Source: Octopus sinensis
Taxonomy: Eukaryota
Direction: 5' to 3'
Length of the DNA stretch: 64,000 nucleotides
NCBI RefSeq assembly: GCF_006345805.1
Contig: NW_021835987.1
Span: 124,001 to 188,000 of the forward strand
Below the pieces are notes generated by a model, which saw only the letters and a list, made by a program, of their open reading frames with translations, searched no databases and was not told the origin of the DNA. Below are positions 27,366 to 42,173 of the stretch, one piece after another; within the stretch, counting starts at the first letter, position 1, and each line of letters starts with the position of its first letter. Made by a program: the position numbers and the translations under genes.

Positions 27366-29504
27366 ACCCATGCATGCATGCATGCATGCATGTATGTATG
27401 TATGTATGTATGTATGTGTTTGTGTGTCTGTGTTTGTCCCCCTGGTATTGCTTGACAACCGATGCTGGTTTGTTTATGTCCCCGTCACTTAGCGGTTCGG
27501 CAAAAGAGACCGATAGAATAAGTACTGGGCTTACAAAGAATAAGTCCCGGGGTCGATTTGCTCGCTTAAAAGGCATGGCCGCAGTCGAATGACTGAAACT
27601 AGTAAAAGAATAAAAGAATAAAAGAATATGTGTTTGTTTGTGTATATGTGTGTGTATGTTAGTGTGTATGCTTTTGTGTGCGCGTGTGTGTGATTGCGCG
27701 TGCTTGCCCGTACGGGCGTGTGTGTGTGTGTGTAATTTACCGTATATATGTATATGTAAATAAACCTGCATTTGTTTTGTTGACTATAATTCTTCGTATG
27801 ATTTATTTCTCCTCGTCTTTCAACAGCAGCCCTAACAATAACTACTACTACTGCTGCTACTACTACTACTACTACTACTATTACTACTACTGCTACTACT
27901 ACTACTAACCTACCATCACTACCAACCACCACCTATACAGCTAAAATATGGCACAAATACAAAATCAACCCACGTTATCATCATTAATATCTTTCACCAT
28001 GACCACAACCACAACAATAACTGTAACATTGACAGAACTACCACTAACACTATGACCAGCACTACATCTACCATCCTACAACATCGCATCACCAATAACA
28101 CTACTAACACCACTACCAACAGGCTACCACCACTATCACGCCACCACATTAGTATAAACCACTGTATCCACTTACCAACCCACCCATACCATTTTTGCAA
28201 AATTAAACACCATAGATATCAATACTACTGCTGTAATGATATCCTTAAACATTACCACAATCATCATCACCACACAAGCAACATCCCTATCACGCCCCAT
28301 TAAAAGCTCCACCCGAAAGTAAAATCACTACTACTAACTCTACTGCAACTACTACTAAACCAACGACCATCACCAAGGCCACCAACACAACAACAATAAC
28401 ACAAAATAACACACCTACGCCTTCTAAAGATTCCGATGACAAAAGAAATGTGTTTCAAGTCTGTTCAGAGAAGTCATTCTGTAAACATTGGCTTGTTATA
28501 AATCGAATGTAGTTTCACTTCGACGGAGAAGTCTTGCGCATCAGACCCGAAGCAAGAGAGCAGTAACGACTGTAGTGGACGGTGGAGACATCTGTGAAGA
28601 TTAAGTAATAGTTGAAATCCTATTGAACAATTCAAAGATTTGGGCTTTTCTTGGTAGTTCAGCGGCATCAGTTGATAGTACCGACAACAGTGGACAGTGG
28701 TTTAACGTTTTCAAACACAGTTGTTAGTGTAATCAGTAACAAAGGTAAGTTCTGTTTCGGTTATGTTCCGCTATTTTGGAAACTCAATGCTGCTCCTCTG
28801 CTTTGAAGACGGTTTAGATCCCAGTTATGCGACTGTGGCTAGATCAGTTGATTGATTGCTTCTTTCTGTGTTATCATTTTATTTATGTATCTGTACTGCG
28901 TGGATCGGATAAAGTGATGAGATATTATAGTAATACTATATATATGCGTTTTGGAAGTCAAGTGGAGACCGATTAAGATCATTTCTTGATCTCCGTATGG
29001 TGTAAAACGTTCGAAAAGACAGAAATCCCTGTGCATTGATTTGTTCTGGGTGTTTAAAGTGTGGCACAGCATTGAACCCTTAGCTATAACACCAGTGGCA
29101 CAACAGAGATGGAGACAACTAGACACAGAGAGAACTTGAGAGTTCTTTTTTTCAAAACGAATTTACATTAAACTAGAAGGAAGTTGCTACTGGATCTAGG
29201 GAGTCCTTCGACCCCTGTTGCCAAGATGGAAGTTAACCTATAGTTCGGAACGTAACACGTGCTACTATTCCGAGACACAGAAGATATGGGATCAATAGTC
29301 ACCGAAAGTTGATTGGAAATTCATCAATGCTCCGGAAACTTTGTATTTGGTCTCCCTCCAACAGGTGAAGTTTCAAGTCATATCCAAACTCAATACACAC
29401 ACTAGAAAATTGAGTGTATATTTGTAAGTATATATATATATATATCGGGATATGTATACGAAACATATATACATACATATATTATATATATATATATATA
29501 TATA

Positions 29505-32222
29505 AGAAAATAGTAAAGTGTGAAAAAACGACAGAAGGCTTAAATGTTAAAAAATATATATATTTGTGTCAAAATGTCTAGAGAATATTGGAAAATTTTT
29601 TTTCCTTTCCTTAAAATGACATAATTTAAAAATTTTTAAAGAAATTACCGGTTTCGCGTGTAGCTTTTCAAATTTCTTGTGACGTTATGTTTATATTGCA
29701 TGGAGTTATCGTTGTGTTTATTAACAGGAGATTTCTAAATAAGGGGAGGTAATGAGTGATTTCTTCCGGTGTAAGGGAGATAATCGCTTAAATTTTTTTT
29801 TTCTTTTTTCCTTGTTAATTTCTCTGTGTCAGTATGTTCGGATGGTTGAGTCTGGGTTTGTACTTTTCAATGAAGAATGTTTCCTTGTTCAGTCTCATTT
29901 GTGTTGATGATCCGAAAGCACATTGGTAAAATGGGAAGATTAAAAATTGTGGCAGTATTTGCTTTGCGCATTTCTCAATGTGCTCACTAAAAGGTATCAT
30001 TCTATATTCTGGGAATGCAATCTGTTGTCGATGCAGTGTGCATCTACGCCTGAGTGATAGTCCCGTTGAACCCACGTAGTCTTGGTGGCAGCCCGAGCAT
30101 TTAATAACATAAATTATGTTTTCAGAGGCACAAGTAAAGTTAGATTTGATCTTGAATTTCTGTCCCTCTTTAAAGAAGAATTCTGATCCTTCCAATAGGT
30201 TAGGACATGTTGCATAGTTCGATCTACCACATTTTTTACTTTTGCATCCGTAATTTAGAGGACAATTTTGCCTTTGTGAGAATCTTTTTAGTGATTTAGG
30301 CTGTTTGTAGCTTTTAATGATTTGGTGTATTTTAGAATTTCCTTTAATTTTGGGTTTTTATGAAGTATTGGTAAATTCTGGGTGATGATGGTGAAGGCTT
30401 CTTGTTTCTTCTGGGGTTGTATGTATATGTAGGTAGTATTTTCGGGGAAGGTGTGTTGTTGTGTTGAACTTTTCTTAAAGTTTCTATGTTGATTTCTGTT
30501 GCACGTCTGATCCCATCCTCTATGAGTTGAGCTGGGTAATGTCTATCAATTAGGGTTGTTTTTTGAGTTCTTGCAGTCTAAAGTTCCTGGTATTTTTTTC
30601 TGACACTATTGTGGCATATCCTTCTTGCAAGATTGCAGGGGATGTTTGTTTTAGTGTGTCTTGGGGCATGAATTAAAAAGAAGGTATTGTTTGGCGTCTG
30701 TGGCTTTGTAAAAAATGTCTGTTTCTATTTTAAGGTTAATTTTTTTAATTAGTATATCCAAGAACGGGAGCTCCTTTTGGTTGTATTCCTTGTGAACTGT
30801 ATATTTGGGTTTATGCCTTTCAATAGGTTTTTAAATTTTAGGAGTTTACCTATGTTTTTCATTCCAGAGAATGAAACAATCGTCTAGGAATCGTTTCCAA
30901 TTCTCTTTTATGTATTGAGAGAGGGAGTTTCCAAAGATTGATAGAGATTCCTGGTAATGATTATTTCCATGTATCCCATTGTTAAGTTCGCAATGACTGG
31001 TGCTGCCCTTGTACCCATAGCATTCCGGATTTTTGACGGTAAAATGTATTGTCAAACATGAAGTGGTTATTGTGTAGGATGAATTCAATTGATTTAGTAA
31101 TGAATTCCTTACTGATCCTTTTTGGTATTTCTTCCGGAAATTGGTCTAACCAGAACTGTATTGCCTCCAGTCCATAATTATGAGGTATACTGGTATACAA
31201 GTTGACTACATCAAATGAAACCAGGATTGTTTCTTCCTTGGTTTTTTTTTTGGAAGGTGGTTTAACATATCTAAGTCATCTCTGATATGGCTATCGATAT
31301 GTTTAAGGAAGGGTTTTCAGGAGGATATCCATAAGTAGACTTAGTCTGTGTGTTTCACGGTTGGGCCAGCTACAATGGGTCGTAGTTTTAGGTCCCCCGG
31401 ATTAGGTGTGTGTATGTATGTCTTTGGTGATTTTTTAATGGTTTCATTTATAATTTGACTTTTATGAATTTTTGGCAGACCATAGAAAAGGCTAGGTTTG
31501 CATTTAAAGTTTGTTAGGAAATCAATCTCTTTGGTTGTCAGTTCCTTTTCATGGGTTTTAATTAGTGAAGATAGAGTTTTTCACCAAAGACATACTTGTG
31601 CCTCTGAAAACATAATTTATGTTATTAAATGCTCGGGCTGCCACCAAGACTACGTGGGTTCAACGGGACTATCACTCAGGCGTAGATGCACACTGCATCG
31701 ACAACAGATTGCATTCCCAGAATATAGAATGATACCTTTTAGTGAGCACATTGAGAAATGCGCAAAGCAAATACTGCCACAATTTTTAATCTTCCCATTT
31801 TACCAATGTGCTTTCGGATCATCAACACAAATGAGACTGAACAAGGAAACATTCTTCATTGAAAAGTACAAAACCCAGACTCAACTATCCGAACATACTG
31901 ACACAGAGAATTAACAAGGAAAAGGGAAAAAAAAATTTTAAGCGATTATCTCCCTTACACCGGAAGAAAATCACTCACTACCTCCCCTTATTTAGAAATC
32001 TCCTGTTAATAAACACAACGATACTCCATGCAATATAAAACATAACGTCACAAGAAATTTGAAAAGCTACACGCGAACCGGTAATTTCTTTAAAAATTTT
32101 TAATTATGTCATTTTAAGGAAACGAAAAAAATTTTCCAATATTCCCAGACAATTTTGACACAAATATATATATTTTTTAACATTTAAGCCTTCTGTCGTT
32201 TTTTCACACTTTACTATTTTCT
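29505..32222 (-). mobile_element. Penelope-like element PLE1, 5'-truncated, with inverted terminal duplication
   Basis: Minus-strand RT motifs (FYGLPKIH, LYTSIP, WKRFLDDCF, frameshifted) and GIY-YIG (IYVIKCSGCHQDYVGST...EHIEKC...ETFFIEKYKPRLN, 29815-30195); 29505-30136 and 31593-32222 are ~630-bp inverted repeats. Confidence 0.9.
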
Positions 32223-32274
32223 ATATTGCACCCACGTGCTTTACCAAACAACTTCTTATCTATATATAATATAT

Positions 32275-32305
<31 letters not shown>

Positions 32306-32651
32306 TTGCAGCTTTTAATAAAGTTGTTCTTCGTATTAAACAATTGTACTGAACAACTAATCCATTCTTGTTGCCTTTTTATTGTGTAATATATATATAT
32401 ATGTATATGTAATATGAATATATATGTATGTATATATATATAAAATAAAAAATATATATATATATAATACATATATATATATATATATATATAATATATT
32501 ATATTATATATATATATATTATATATATATACATATATATATACATATATCGGGAGAGAAAGAGAGAGAGGGAGGAGAGGGAGGTGTATGTCTATTGGGT
32601 GTTTGTGCGCGAGCACATGCGTACTGTATACATGCATACGAAACATATCTA

Positions 32652-32978
32652 TATGGCTCAGTGGTTAGAGCGTCGAGCTTACGATCGTGAGGTTGTGAGC
32701 TCGAATCCCGGACAGGGCTGCGTGTTTTGTTCTTGAGCAGACACTTTTTTCACGTTGCTCCAGTTCACTCAGCTGTAGAAATGAGTTGCGACGTCACAGG
32801 TGCCAAGCTGTATCGGCCCTTGCCTTTACCTTGGACAACATCGGTGACGTGGAGAGGTGAGGCCGGTATGCATGGGCGACTGCTGGTCTTCCATAAAACA
32901 ACATTGCTCAGACTTGTGCCTCAGATGGTAACTCTCTAGGTGCAAACCCATCGTCAGTGTCTGACCGAAGGGGGTCAC
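32652..32978 (+). mobile_element. tRNA-derived SINE (family 4)
   Basis: A-box GGCTCAGTGGTTAG, B-box GCTCGAATCC, central ttgctccagttcactcagctg...aaatgagt motif; a related SINE lies at 57500-57812 (minus). Confidence 0.7.
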
Positions 32979-33097
32979 AACATATATATATATATATTTA
33001 TATAGATATATATTTGCAGCTTTTAATAAAGTTGTTTTTCGTATGAAACAATTGTACTGAATAACTAATCCATTCTTGTTGCTTTTTTATTGTGTAT

Positions 33098-33131
<34 letters not shown>

Positions 33132-33370
33132 ATATCATATATATAAATATATATATATGTATAAATATATATATATATACATATATATATATACAATATA
33201 TATACATATATATATACATATATACATATACATATATATATATCTATATATATACACTTATATATATATATATACACATATATATATTTATATACATATA
33301 CATATATATATACACAAGAAAAAGCAAAACGTACATGCATACGTGTATACATGCATACGAAACATATATC

Positions 33371-33430
<60 letters not shown>

Positions 33431-33654
33431 ATATATTTATATATATAATATATATGGCGGTGCCCCAGCATGGCCACAGCTCATAACTGAAACTAGAATC
33501 AATCAATCAATCAATATATATATATATATTATATATATATATATATTTGCACCTTTTAATAAAGCTGTTCTTCGTATGAAAACAATTGTACTGAACAATA
33601 AATCCATTCTTGTTGCTTTTTTGTTGGGTATATATATATATGTATATGTATATA

Positions 33655-33727
<73 letters not shown>

Positions 33728-33729
<2 letters not shown>

Positions 33730-34043
33730 TAGAGACAAAACCACTATTAGGCAAATCAGACAATGAAAACCTTAAGCCAATACATAAGATTATTTAATTT
33801 ATATTATTTATATTATTTAAATATATAACAAAATCATTAAAAAAATATAATTTAAATCACTTGATGAATGACTGTAACTCGAAAGTTTAAAGAAATTAAC
33901 AGCCATAAAACGATCGTAGTGTTATATTAATTATATTTTTTTAATAATTTTGTTATATATTTAAATAATATAAAATAAATAATCTCATGTATTGGCTTAA
34001 GTTTTTGATTGTATGATTTGCCTAATAGTGGTTTTGTCTCTAA
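33728..34043. mobile_element. Short non-autonomous element with ~70-bp inverted ends and a degenerate hammerhead
   Basis: attagagacaaaaccactattaggcaaatc... / ...gatttgcctaatagtggttttgtctctaat; the same end motif (aatagtggttttgtctctaat) follows the hammerhead at 55178-55220. Confidence 0.6.
33858..33921 (+). ncRNA. Inactivated hammerhead relic
   Basis: CAC-TTGATGA-ATG..CTGT...ACAG.CAT-AAAA-CGATCG-TA-GTG; helices retained but core C3 and G12 are mutated. Confidence 0.45.
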
Positions 34044-34268
34044 TTTAATATAATATAATATTTTACTATAAAATTGGATTCAATCCTAAATCTGATTTTT
34101 CCCTGTAAGTTTGTATTTATTCCATAATATTTATTATTATTATAATATATATGTATATATATATATATATATATAATATATATATATATATGCATATATA
34201 TATGTGTATAAACATATATATATATACATATATATACATACATATATATATATATATACATATAAATA

Positions 34269-34334
<66 letters not shown>

Positions 34335-34397
34335 AATATATATATATTATATATATATACATATATATATTTATACACACACACCACACACACACAT

Positions 34398-34460
<63 letters not shown>

Positions 34461-34733
34461 CGAAAGGCTGAGCCTGCATCTCAGTTCCTAATTAATGACC
34501 ATGTATGAAGCCCGTAACTTCCTGCCCTATCAGACCATCGTTGTCTGTCTCTGAACAGTACTCTGTGCAAATGGCAGTCTCTGCCACGTATCTGCATTTT
34601 CAGGCTGTGTTGTTCGAATTGTTATGTTCTTCTTCACCGGTGTGATATCCGGTTCTATATTTCTAGTATAATGTATTCGATATGACCCCAACCAGAGCCG
34701 TGTGGTACGGAGGACAGGTTGTTGCCCATGTAG

Positions 34734-34963
34734 GGCGTCGAGCTGGCAGAATCGTTAGCACGCCGGGCGAAATGCGTAGCCGTATTTCGTCAGCCGTTAC
34801 GTTCTGAGTTCAAATTCCGCCGAGGTCAACTTAGCCTTTCATCCTTTCGGGGTCGATTAAATAAGTACCAGTTACGCACTGGGATCGATATAATCGACTT
34901 AATTCGTTTGTCTGTTCTTGTTTGTCCTCCCTGTGTTTAGCCCTTTGTGGGCAATAAAGAAAT
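34734..34963 (+). mobile_element. SINE family 1
   Basis: 18-bp TSD at 34716-34733 and 34964-34981. Confidence 0.8.
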
Positions 34964-35657
34964 AGGTTGTTGCCCATGTAGTGTGTCCATCATCTCAATC
35001 TCATTAACAGGTCTAAAAGAAGGAAAGGAACCTTACAATTTGTTAACAGCATCGACACAGGATTTGCAGGGGTGAGGTTGAAGACAGCATCGAACTGCCC
35101 CTTTGTCTCTGATTCTCAATTTTACCCCAGTATTTTCACCCGAACACTTTCCCATGATTGAATATTGTTGCAAGTTATCGGGGGGTTGGAATCAGAGTTT
35201 TCCATCTTCTAGAAGGGTTGTCTCACTACCACCTGGATGATGAGCTCCATGCGATCGAAGGAATTACTAATTAATCCATAATTAGAACCTTGACGACCAC
35301 TACTACTCCGGGTCAGACTAGATCTTGGGACAGCGGTGGCTAAGAGCTGGTTCAAAAACTCGTCAAAACACTAGAAATCCCCAACCAGGGATCACTGCTG
35401 GATACAGTTTAAAATCATACCCAGGACCTATGCCTTTAGGAATCACCTTAATTTATTTTATTTTTTCTCTTCTAAATTGTAATTTATTCATTTAGCGTTT
35501 TCTTTTACAAACATTCTTCCTCTTACACGCAAACATTTTCCATCTTCTCAAATTATCTTCCTCTTCTCTTTCAGGATTACTCCGCCTTACTCTTAAACAT
35601 TTCCCATTGATGTTAGGGCCAAGAATGTCCCAGTTCCCTTTTACTTGTCCAGCTGCA

Positions 35658-35955
35658 ATGGCAGTGCAGCTGTTAACATTTACAATAATTCTGGCGGTTG
35701 CCTTTGCTCAGGAATTTAATGATGCTTACTACGAACGTTTGCCTCCTGGTTACTCTTATGGATACCTTCAGACGAATCCATCGGAAAAATTCTATAAGAG
35801 AGAAAGTCTACTGGAATGTACTGGCATCGCTCTACAGAGCCAATCAGAATTCTTTACTTACAACGATGTCAGCCGTGTTTGTAAGAATTACTCACCGAAA
35901 GATATAATGACAGTCGTCAGCACGAGTGACAGCAACGAGATTGCCTTCTATAGAT
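35658..35955 (+). CDS. Gene B coding exon 1 (signal peptide + PAN/apple-like segment)
   Basis: ATG at 35658; MAVQLLTFTIILAVAFA|QEFNDAYYE...LECTGIALQSQSEFFTYNDVSRVCKNYS...AFYR plus 1 nt; GTAAGT donor; 298 nt; upstream acceptor CTCTTTCAG ending at 35574. Confidence 0.9.
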
Positions 35956-36107
35956 GTAAGTAGAGCTTCCTTATTGTTAATGTCGTGGTGTTTTTTTTTT
36001 CTTTTTACGCGGTTGATGGTAGTTCCTCTCAGCATATTCTCATCGTTATTAAATGACTTTGAAACACACTTGATGCACTTCTAACAGTTATTACTCCATT
36101 TTTTTTC

Positions 36108-36144
<37 letters not shown>

Positions 36145-37657
36145 CAGAGAGAGAGAGAGAGTGGGGGGAGAGAGAGTGATTGACAGAGAGAGAGAGATAT
36201 ATAATGAGAGAATGAGAAAAAGGGAGAGACAAAAAGACAGACAGACGACGAAAAGATGTTGAAAATTTGCTGGGAACACCCGCGGGCTATCGGAAGGTGA
36301 ATGTAAGTGGAGTGGTAAAGTGGACTGGTGGAGGTGAGAGGGTACTGAGAAGATGAACATGTGAAAGGGGATTGGACAATGGAGGAGAAGAGGGGGGAAC
36401 ATAATGAGAGATAAATACGTGTTTTTGAAGGAGGATATAATTTGAAGAATCGTAATCTACGATGTCCGTTGCAGACACACTCGAAGCAACATTTAACACA
36501 AAGAGAAAGAAAAAAGCAAAGCAGTAACGTATTTTACAGCATAGAATCCGACAAAGTGAATGGCATAATCATGTAGTGTAAGCATTTAAACATCGTCTCT
36601 ATCTTCCGAAATCTTACAGCATTTCACATAGAAATTTCCTTTTGGTTCCAAATTCGTCTTGGTGTATAAGTCGACCTACAATTTGTGGTATAAATTTTGA
36701 TTTCAAAAATTCTGCTTGCATTCCGAAAGTAGGGTTCAGACTGAATTTGTTGAAACAGAGTAGCAGGACCCTTTCAGTTAGGAATACACATGGGTATATT
36801 AAGGGAAACAGTGTAAACTGAGCTGAGTTGGGAGCTGAATTTTATCATAGATTTACGGGACTCTTTCCCAACACACACACACTCAAGATGGGTTTTCACA
36901 CGTCCGCAGGTGGGGAGCAAGGTGGATTGGCATACTCGTTTAAAATATTATTTGCTTTATTAATCCTGTAGGTTTCTGAGACTAAATCACGCTGAGGTCA
37001 ACTTTACCTGTCATCTTACCCTGATCGATAAAATAAAATATCAGTGAAATTCTTGGCTCCATAACAATTTATAACCCACACCCTCCTATTTCAGGCATTG
37101 TCTAAATTAGAAAGTCCCAAGATATATATTCTTAGAGAAAGCACCAGATATTTTTCTTAGGTCTCTGGGGTTTGTATGCGTGTAGAGGCGGGGCCGTCAG
37201 CATCACACATCCTAATCCAGTTCACCCAACTGGGGTTGAACAAATTCTAGCTTGTATCCCATTGGCATTAAATCACGGATCTGCCCTAATTATCCAAAAA
37301 TAGTATCTAACCCTTTGCCTGTCGAAAGCTTGTTTATATGTTTGCCCTAAACGTGCACAGTTTAATTTAGACCTTCTTTATGTTAATCTCTGAATCACAT
37401 AAATGTTTTCTTTCCCAAAAGCCCAAGATGAAGACTTGTATAGCAGATGATGCATGGAAACAGACGAAATATGTCTTGTGTATCACATGTGATACCAAGG
37501 CCAGGAAAAGACTTAAGATGAATGTTATAGAGTCTGTTGGTGATTTTCTTTCCTTTATTAGCTTTTCATTATATGTAAACCTCAACAATTTCAGGTTGTC
37601 AGTGTTTTGTCTCCCTTATTCCTCGACGTGGTGGCAAATACATGAAATCATTATTAT

Positions 37658-37742
<85 letters not shown>

Positions 37743-37747
37743 TTATT

Positions 37748-37807
<60 letters not shown>

Positions 37808-38398
37808 GTTATTATTATTATTATCATTATTATTATTATTATTGTGTGAGAGAGCAGTGCATGCCATCAAAGTGACCCTGGGGTACAAATATACGAAGCC
37901 CAGTATACCCATCATGACTACCCGTCTGATAAGGGTACACCAGGCACCTGCATCACAACAATATGTGCGCGACATGGTGATCTTATATCAAGAAAAACAG
38001 CACATGACCTTGCAGGTGGGGCCCAGTTAGAATTTTCTTCAGGTTGAGTAGCCCATCCCGCTCAAAAGGTCCCTGAATAAGGGTTGTTTAAGGATGTTGA
38101 AAGAACCACCCATGTTTCCCGAGGTGAATTATTCAAACCCCAAATAATCCCACTCAAAACATGGCTATGATGCTCCCCCACTACTTCTGCTCGTGATCAG
38201 AGATGCACATATCGTTAGCCACTAAGGGACATGCTCAACTGGTTAAGGTGAAACAACTGACAAGCAAATCTGTGGTATTGAGCAGAATATTTGCTGTAGC
38301 CCATGTTTTATACCAAGACAAAACAATGTACATAATAACACTTCCAATCAATTAAGATCAGAAGCCATGAGAGCCACTGTCTGGTACTGCATCAGGGC

Positions 38399-38475
<77 letters not shown>

Positions 38476-38483
38476 TTATTATT

Positions 38484-39547
38484 CTATGTTTGACTTTTGC
38501 TTTATGTCTGTACAAGTTGGCTCCAAGTCTCACCCAGAGACCTCAAGAGACAACAGGTTAGAAGTTCTGTGCCATATATTTGGGGTTTTTTTTTTTTTTT
38601 TTTCTGGTGTTGTACTAGTGAATGTCTAATACATAAAAAAAAATAATAAATAAATAAAAAAATAAATTAAAGAAATAAAAAAAAAGTTTGTTTTAAACCT
38701 TGGGATTACATAGAGAGTATTTTGCGTAGGATATGAGCAGTTCCCATGAGCACTATCTTTTGAATTTCTGCCATTTTGGGGTTTCCTGGTATCTGAGTTA
38801 GGTAGCAATCAGTCGCTTTCGCTATCATTCCCAGGGCACCTATGACAACAGGTATTGTTTTAGTCTTCAGCTTCCACATTTTGCTGATTTCTATTTCAAG
38901 ATATTTATATTTGCTCAGTTTCTGGTAGATCTTGACAGATACGTTTATATCGATTGGGACAGTCATATCAATGAGGAGGCATGTTCTTTTTCTGAAGCCT
39001 TTCAATATAAAGTCTGGCCTATTTGCATCTATCTTCCTGTCAGTTTGAATGGTGAAGTTCCAGAGGAGTGAGATGTGGTCATTTTCAAGCACAGGAGGTG
39101 GATTGTGTTCCCACCAGTTTTTTTCATGGGGCAAATCCAGGTTTTTGCAAATTACCCAGTGAATATATTGTGCAGCTCTATCATGCCTACTGAGGTACAC
39201 TGTAGGCGCTAGAAGACTGCATTTGGAGACAACATGGTCAATGGCTTCATTTTGTTGTCGGCATACACGACATGTTGGGCTACTGCCGTTCTTTAATATG
39301 TTGGCCTGGTAGTTTCTTGTTGGTAGGCATTGATCTTGAGCTGCTATAATAAACCCATCTGTTTCAGATTTTAAGCCAGAGGCCATTAGCCAGGGTATTT
39401 GTCATAGAGAGGTTTTTCTTGCCATTTATTATTCAGAATATCTAAGGCTGCAGTTTTGGCACGGGTTTTCATGCGCCTAGCTTTTTCTGTGCTTGTTTCT
39501 TGTATATCTATCTCTAATTCCGAAATTGGTTGTATTCGGAATTCACT
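38484..39547 (-). mobile_element. R4/Dong-clade non-LTR retrotransposon 3' fragment (restriction-like endonuclease) in gene B intron 1
   Basis: GLKSETDGFIIAAQDQ, CCHC finger CRVC..EAIDHVVSKC, RHD, RPD..IDMTVP, K..KY, VIGALG; flanked on both sides by (TAA)n; absent from the matching (TAA)n at ~17610-17690 in gene A. Confidence 0.9.
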
Positions 39548-39564
39548 TATTATTATTATTATTA

Positions 39565-39605
<41 letters not shown>

Positions 39606-40081
39606 TACTACTACTACTACTGAGTGAGAGAGCAGTGCATGCCATCAAAGTGACACTGGGGTACAAATATACGAAGCCCAGTATACCCATGATGGGTATA
39701 ACCGTCTGATAACGGTACACTAGGCACATGCATCACAACCAAATGTTCGCAACATGGGAATCTCATATCAAGATAAACAGTGCATGACCTTGCAAGAGGG
39801 GCCCAGTTAGAATTTTCTTCTGGTTGGGTAACCCATCCCACTCAAAAGGTCCCTGATTAAGGGTTATTTAAGGATGTTGAATGAAACACCCAAGTTTTCA
39901 GAGGTGAATCATTCAAACCCCAAAGAATCCCACTCAACACATGGCTATGATGCTCCCCCACTACTTCTACTCGTGATCAAAGATGCACGTATCGTCAGCC
40001 ACTACGGGACATGCTCAACTGGTTACGGTCAAACACCTGACAAGCAAATCTGTGGTATTGAGCAGAATATTTGCTGTAGTC

Positions 40082-40171
<90 letters not shown>

Positions 40172-40645
40172 CATTGGATGTGTGGTAAGTAGCTTGCTTA
40201 CCAAGCACATAGTTCTTGGTGCCGTCCCCATAGCGTGGCAACTTGGGCAAGTGTCTTCTTCTATAACCTCGAGCCGACCAAAGCCTTGGGATTGGATTTG
40301 GTAGACGGAAAGTGACAGAAGCCAGTCATATATATATATGTGTGTGTGTGTGTGTGTTTGTGTGCGTACGTATGTATGTATGTATGTATGTATGTATGTA
40401 TGTATGTATGTATGTATGTATGTATGTATGGATGGATGGATGGATGGATGGATGGATATGTATAATGTTTGTGTGTCTGTATTTGTCCCCCCAACTTCAA
40501 TGCGCAAGACAGACCGATAGAATAAGTACTAGGCTTACAAAGAATACGTCTTGGGGTTGATTTGCTCGACAAAATGTGTTGCTCCAGCACAGCCGCAGTA
40601 AAATGACTAAAACAAATAAAAGAATAAAAGAATTATTATTATTAA

Positions 40646-40738
<93 letters not shown>

Positions 40739-40749
40739 CATTATTATTA

Positions 40750-40792
<43 letters not shown>

Positions 40793-40803
40793 CATTATTA
40801 TTA

Positions 40804-40843
<40 letters not shown>

Positions 40844-40854
40844 CATTATTATTA

Positions 40855-40890
<36 letters not shown>

Positions 40891-40961
40891 TATTATTATT
40901 ATTATTATTATTATCATTATTATTATTATTATTATTTTTATCATTATTATTAATATTTCAG

Positions 40962-41140
40962 ATAGCCAATGGATTAAAACCTATACCATATCAAAGGGAG
41001 CTGGTTCAAATGTTTATAATTCATTTCTGAATATAGGACATCCTTCATCCTGGAATATGGACGAATGCAGAAATAACTTTTGTCCTAACTTCTTCCGACA
41101 CCCTCTCCTTGATTTCTGGAACTATCTTCCAATTGATGAG
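40962..41140 (+). CDS. Gene B coding exon 2
   Basis: TTTCAG/GTATGT, 179 nt; (Y)SQWIKTYTISKGAGSNVYNSFLNIGHPSSWNMDECRNNFCPNFFRHPLLDFWNYLPIDE. Confidence 0.88.
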
Positions 41141-42124
41141 GTATGTATTCATACGTGCGAGGAAGTTCATACAGTACCATTGTTTTCATAATGATAGTAA
41201 TAATGTTTAACAGACTTTGGTCAAGTATACATGAAAAAGAAACAAATTCAGGTATATGCGCACACATATACACACAGCAGTACATATACATACAACCATA
41301 TATATAAGAAGACTATACTCAGGCAGAGCTATTTATAATTAGGTTTAGAATTGAACTTATAGGCGTAGACGGGAACACCGAGCAACAGACGGGGGACTAT
41401 GATCCACGCAGAAGGTGGTAAGAATTTTTATCCGTGACAAACCGCAGTAATAATAATAATTATCATAGACAAAAGACTCCCCTTTGGGGGAGTGGTCAGT
41501 AAATGGGAAACAGAATCGATGAAATCAACTTACGATACATGAATGGTCAAAGTTTTATTGAACCCAGCATAAAGTAAAGCTGGGGGACCTGGGTGGGACT
41601 TGATCTCAAATTTGAATAATCTTGTTCTTCTTGTGGGGTGGCAAAATTGAGTAACAAACAAAATCTTGTGGGAACATGTGAGCCAGTAACCTACGGGATC
41701 TCAGATCAGGAGCAAGGAATGAGGTTAGCTAGGACACATCGAGCGGAAACCTCTTTCTTATTTTACAAGGCAAGCCGTCCGATGAATATCGCAAGGAAGG
41801 CAGAAGCGTGACAGATTAAATAAAACATGGAAAAGCTCAACAGAAACTGAAGAAATGGTTGATGGCAAGACCTGGGGATAACTGCAATTCATTGCCAAAT
41901 TTACCAGCCTATAGCGATCTGTTACTGGTGTCCTGTACTCTACATGGAGTTAAGGAAATGAAGAAGACATATCGTGTTTTTCTCTTATATATCTGACAAC
42001 TAAACTTAACGTTTCGATATTTTCTCTCATGGATAGATGGCTACACATTTTGGTGGGTAGAAGCATTAGTTTTCATTAATTCTATTAACTCTATTTAGCA
42101 GACATTGATTTATCTAGCAGCCAT

Positions 42125-42173
<49 letters not shown>

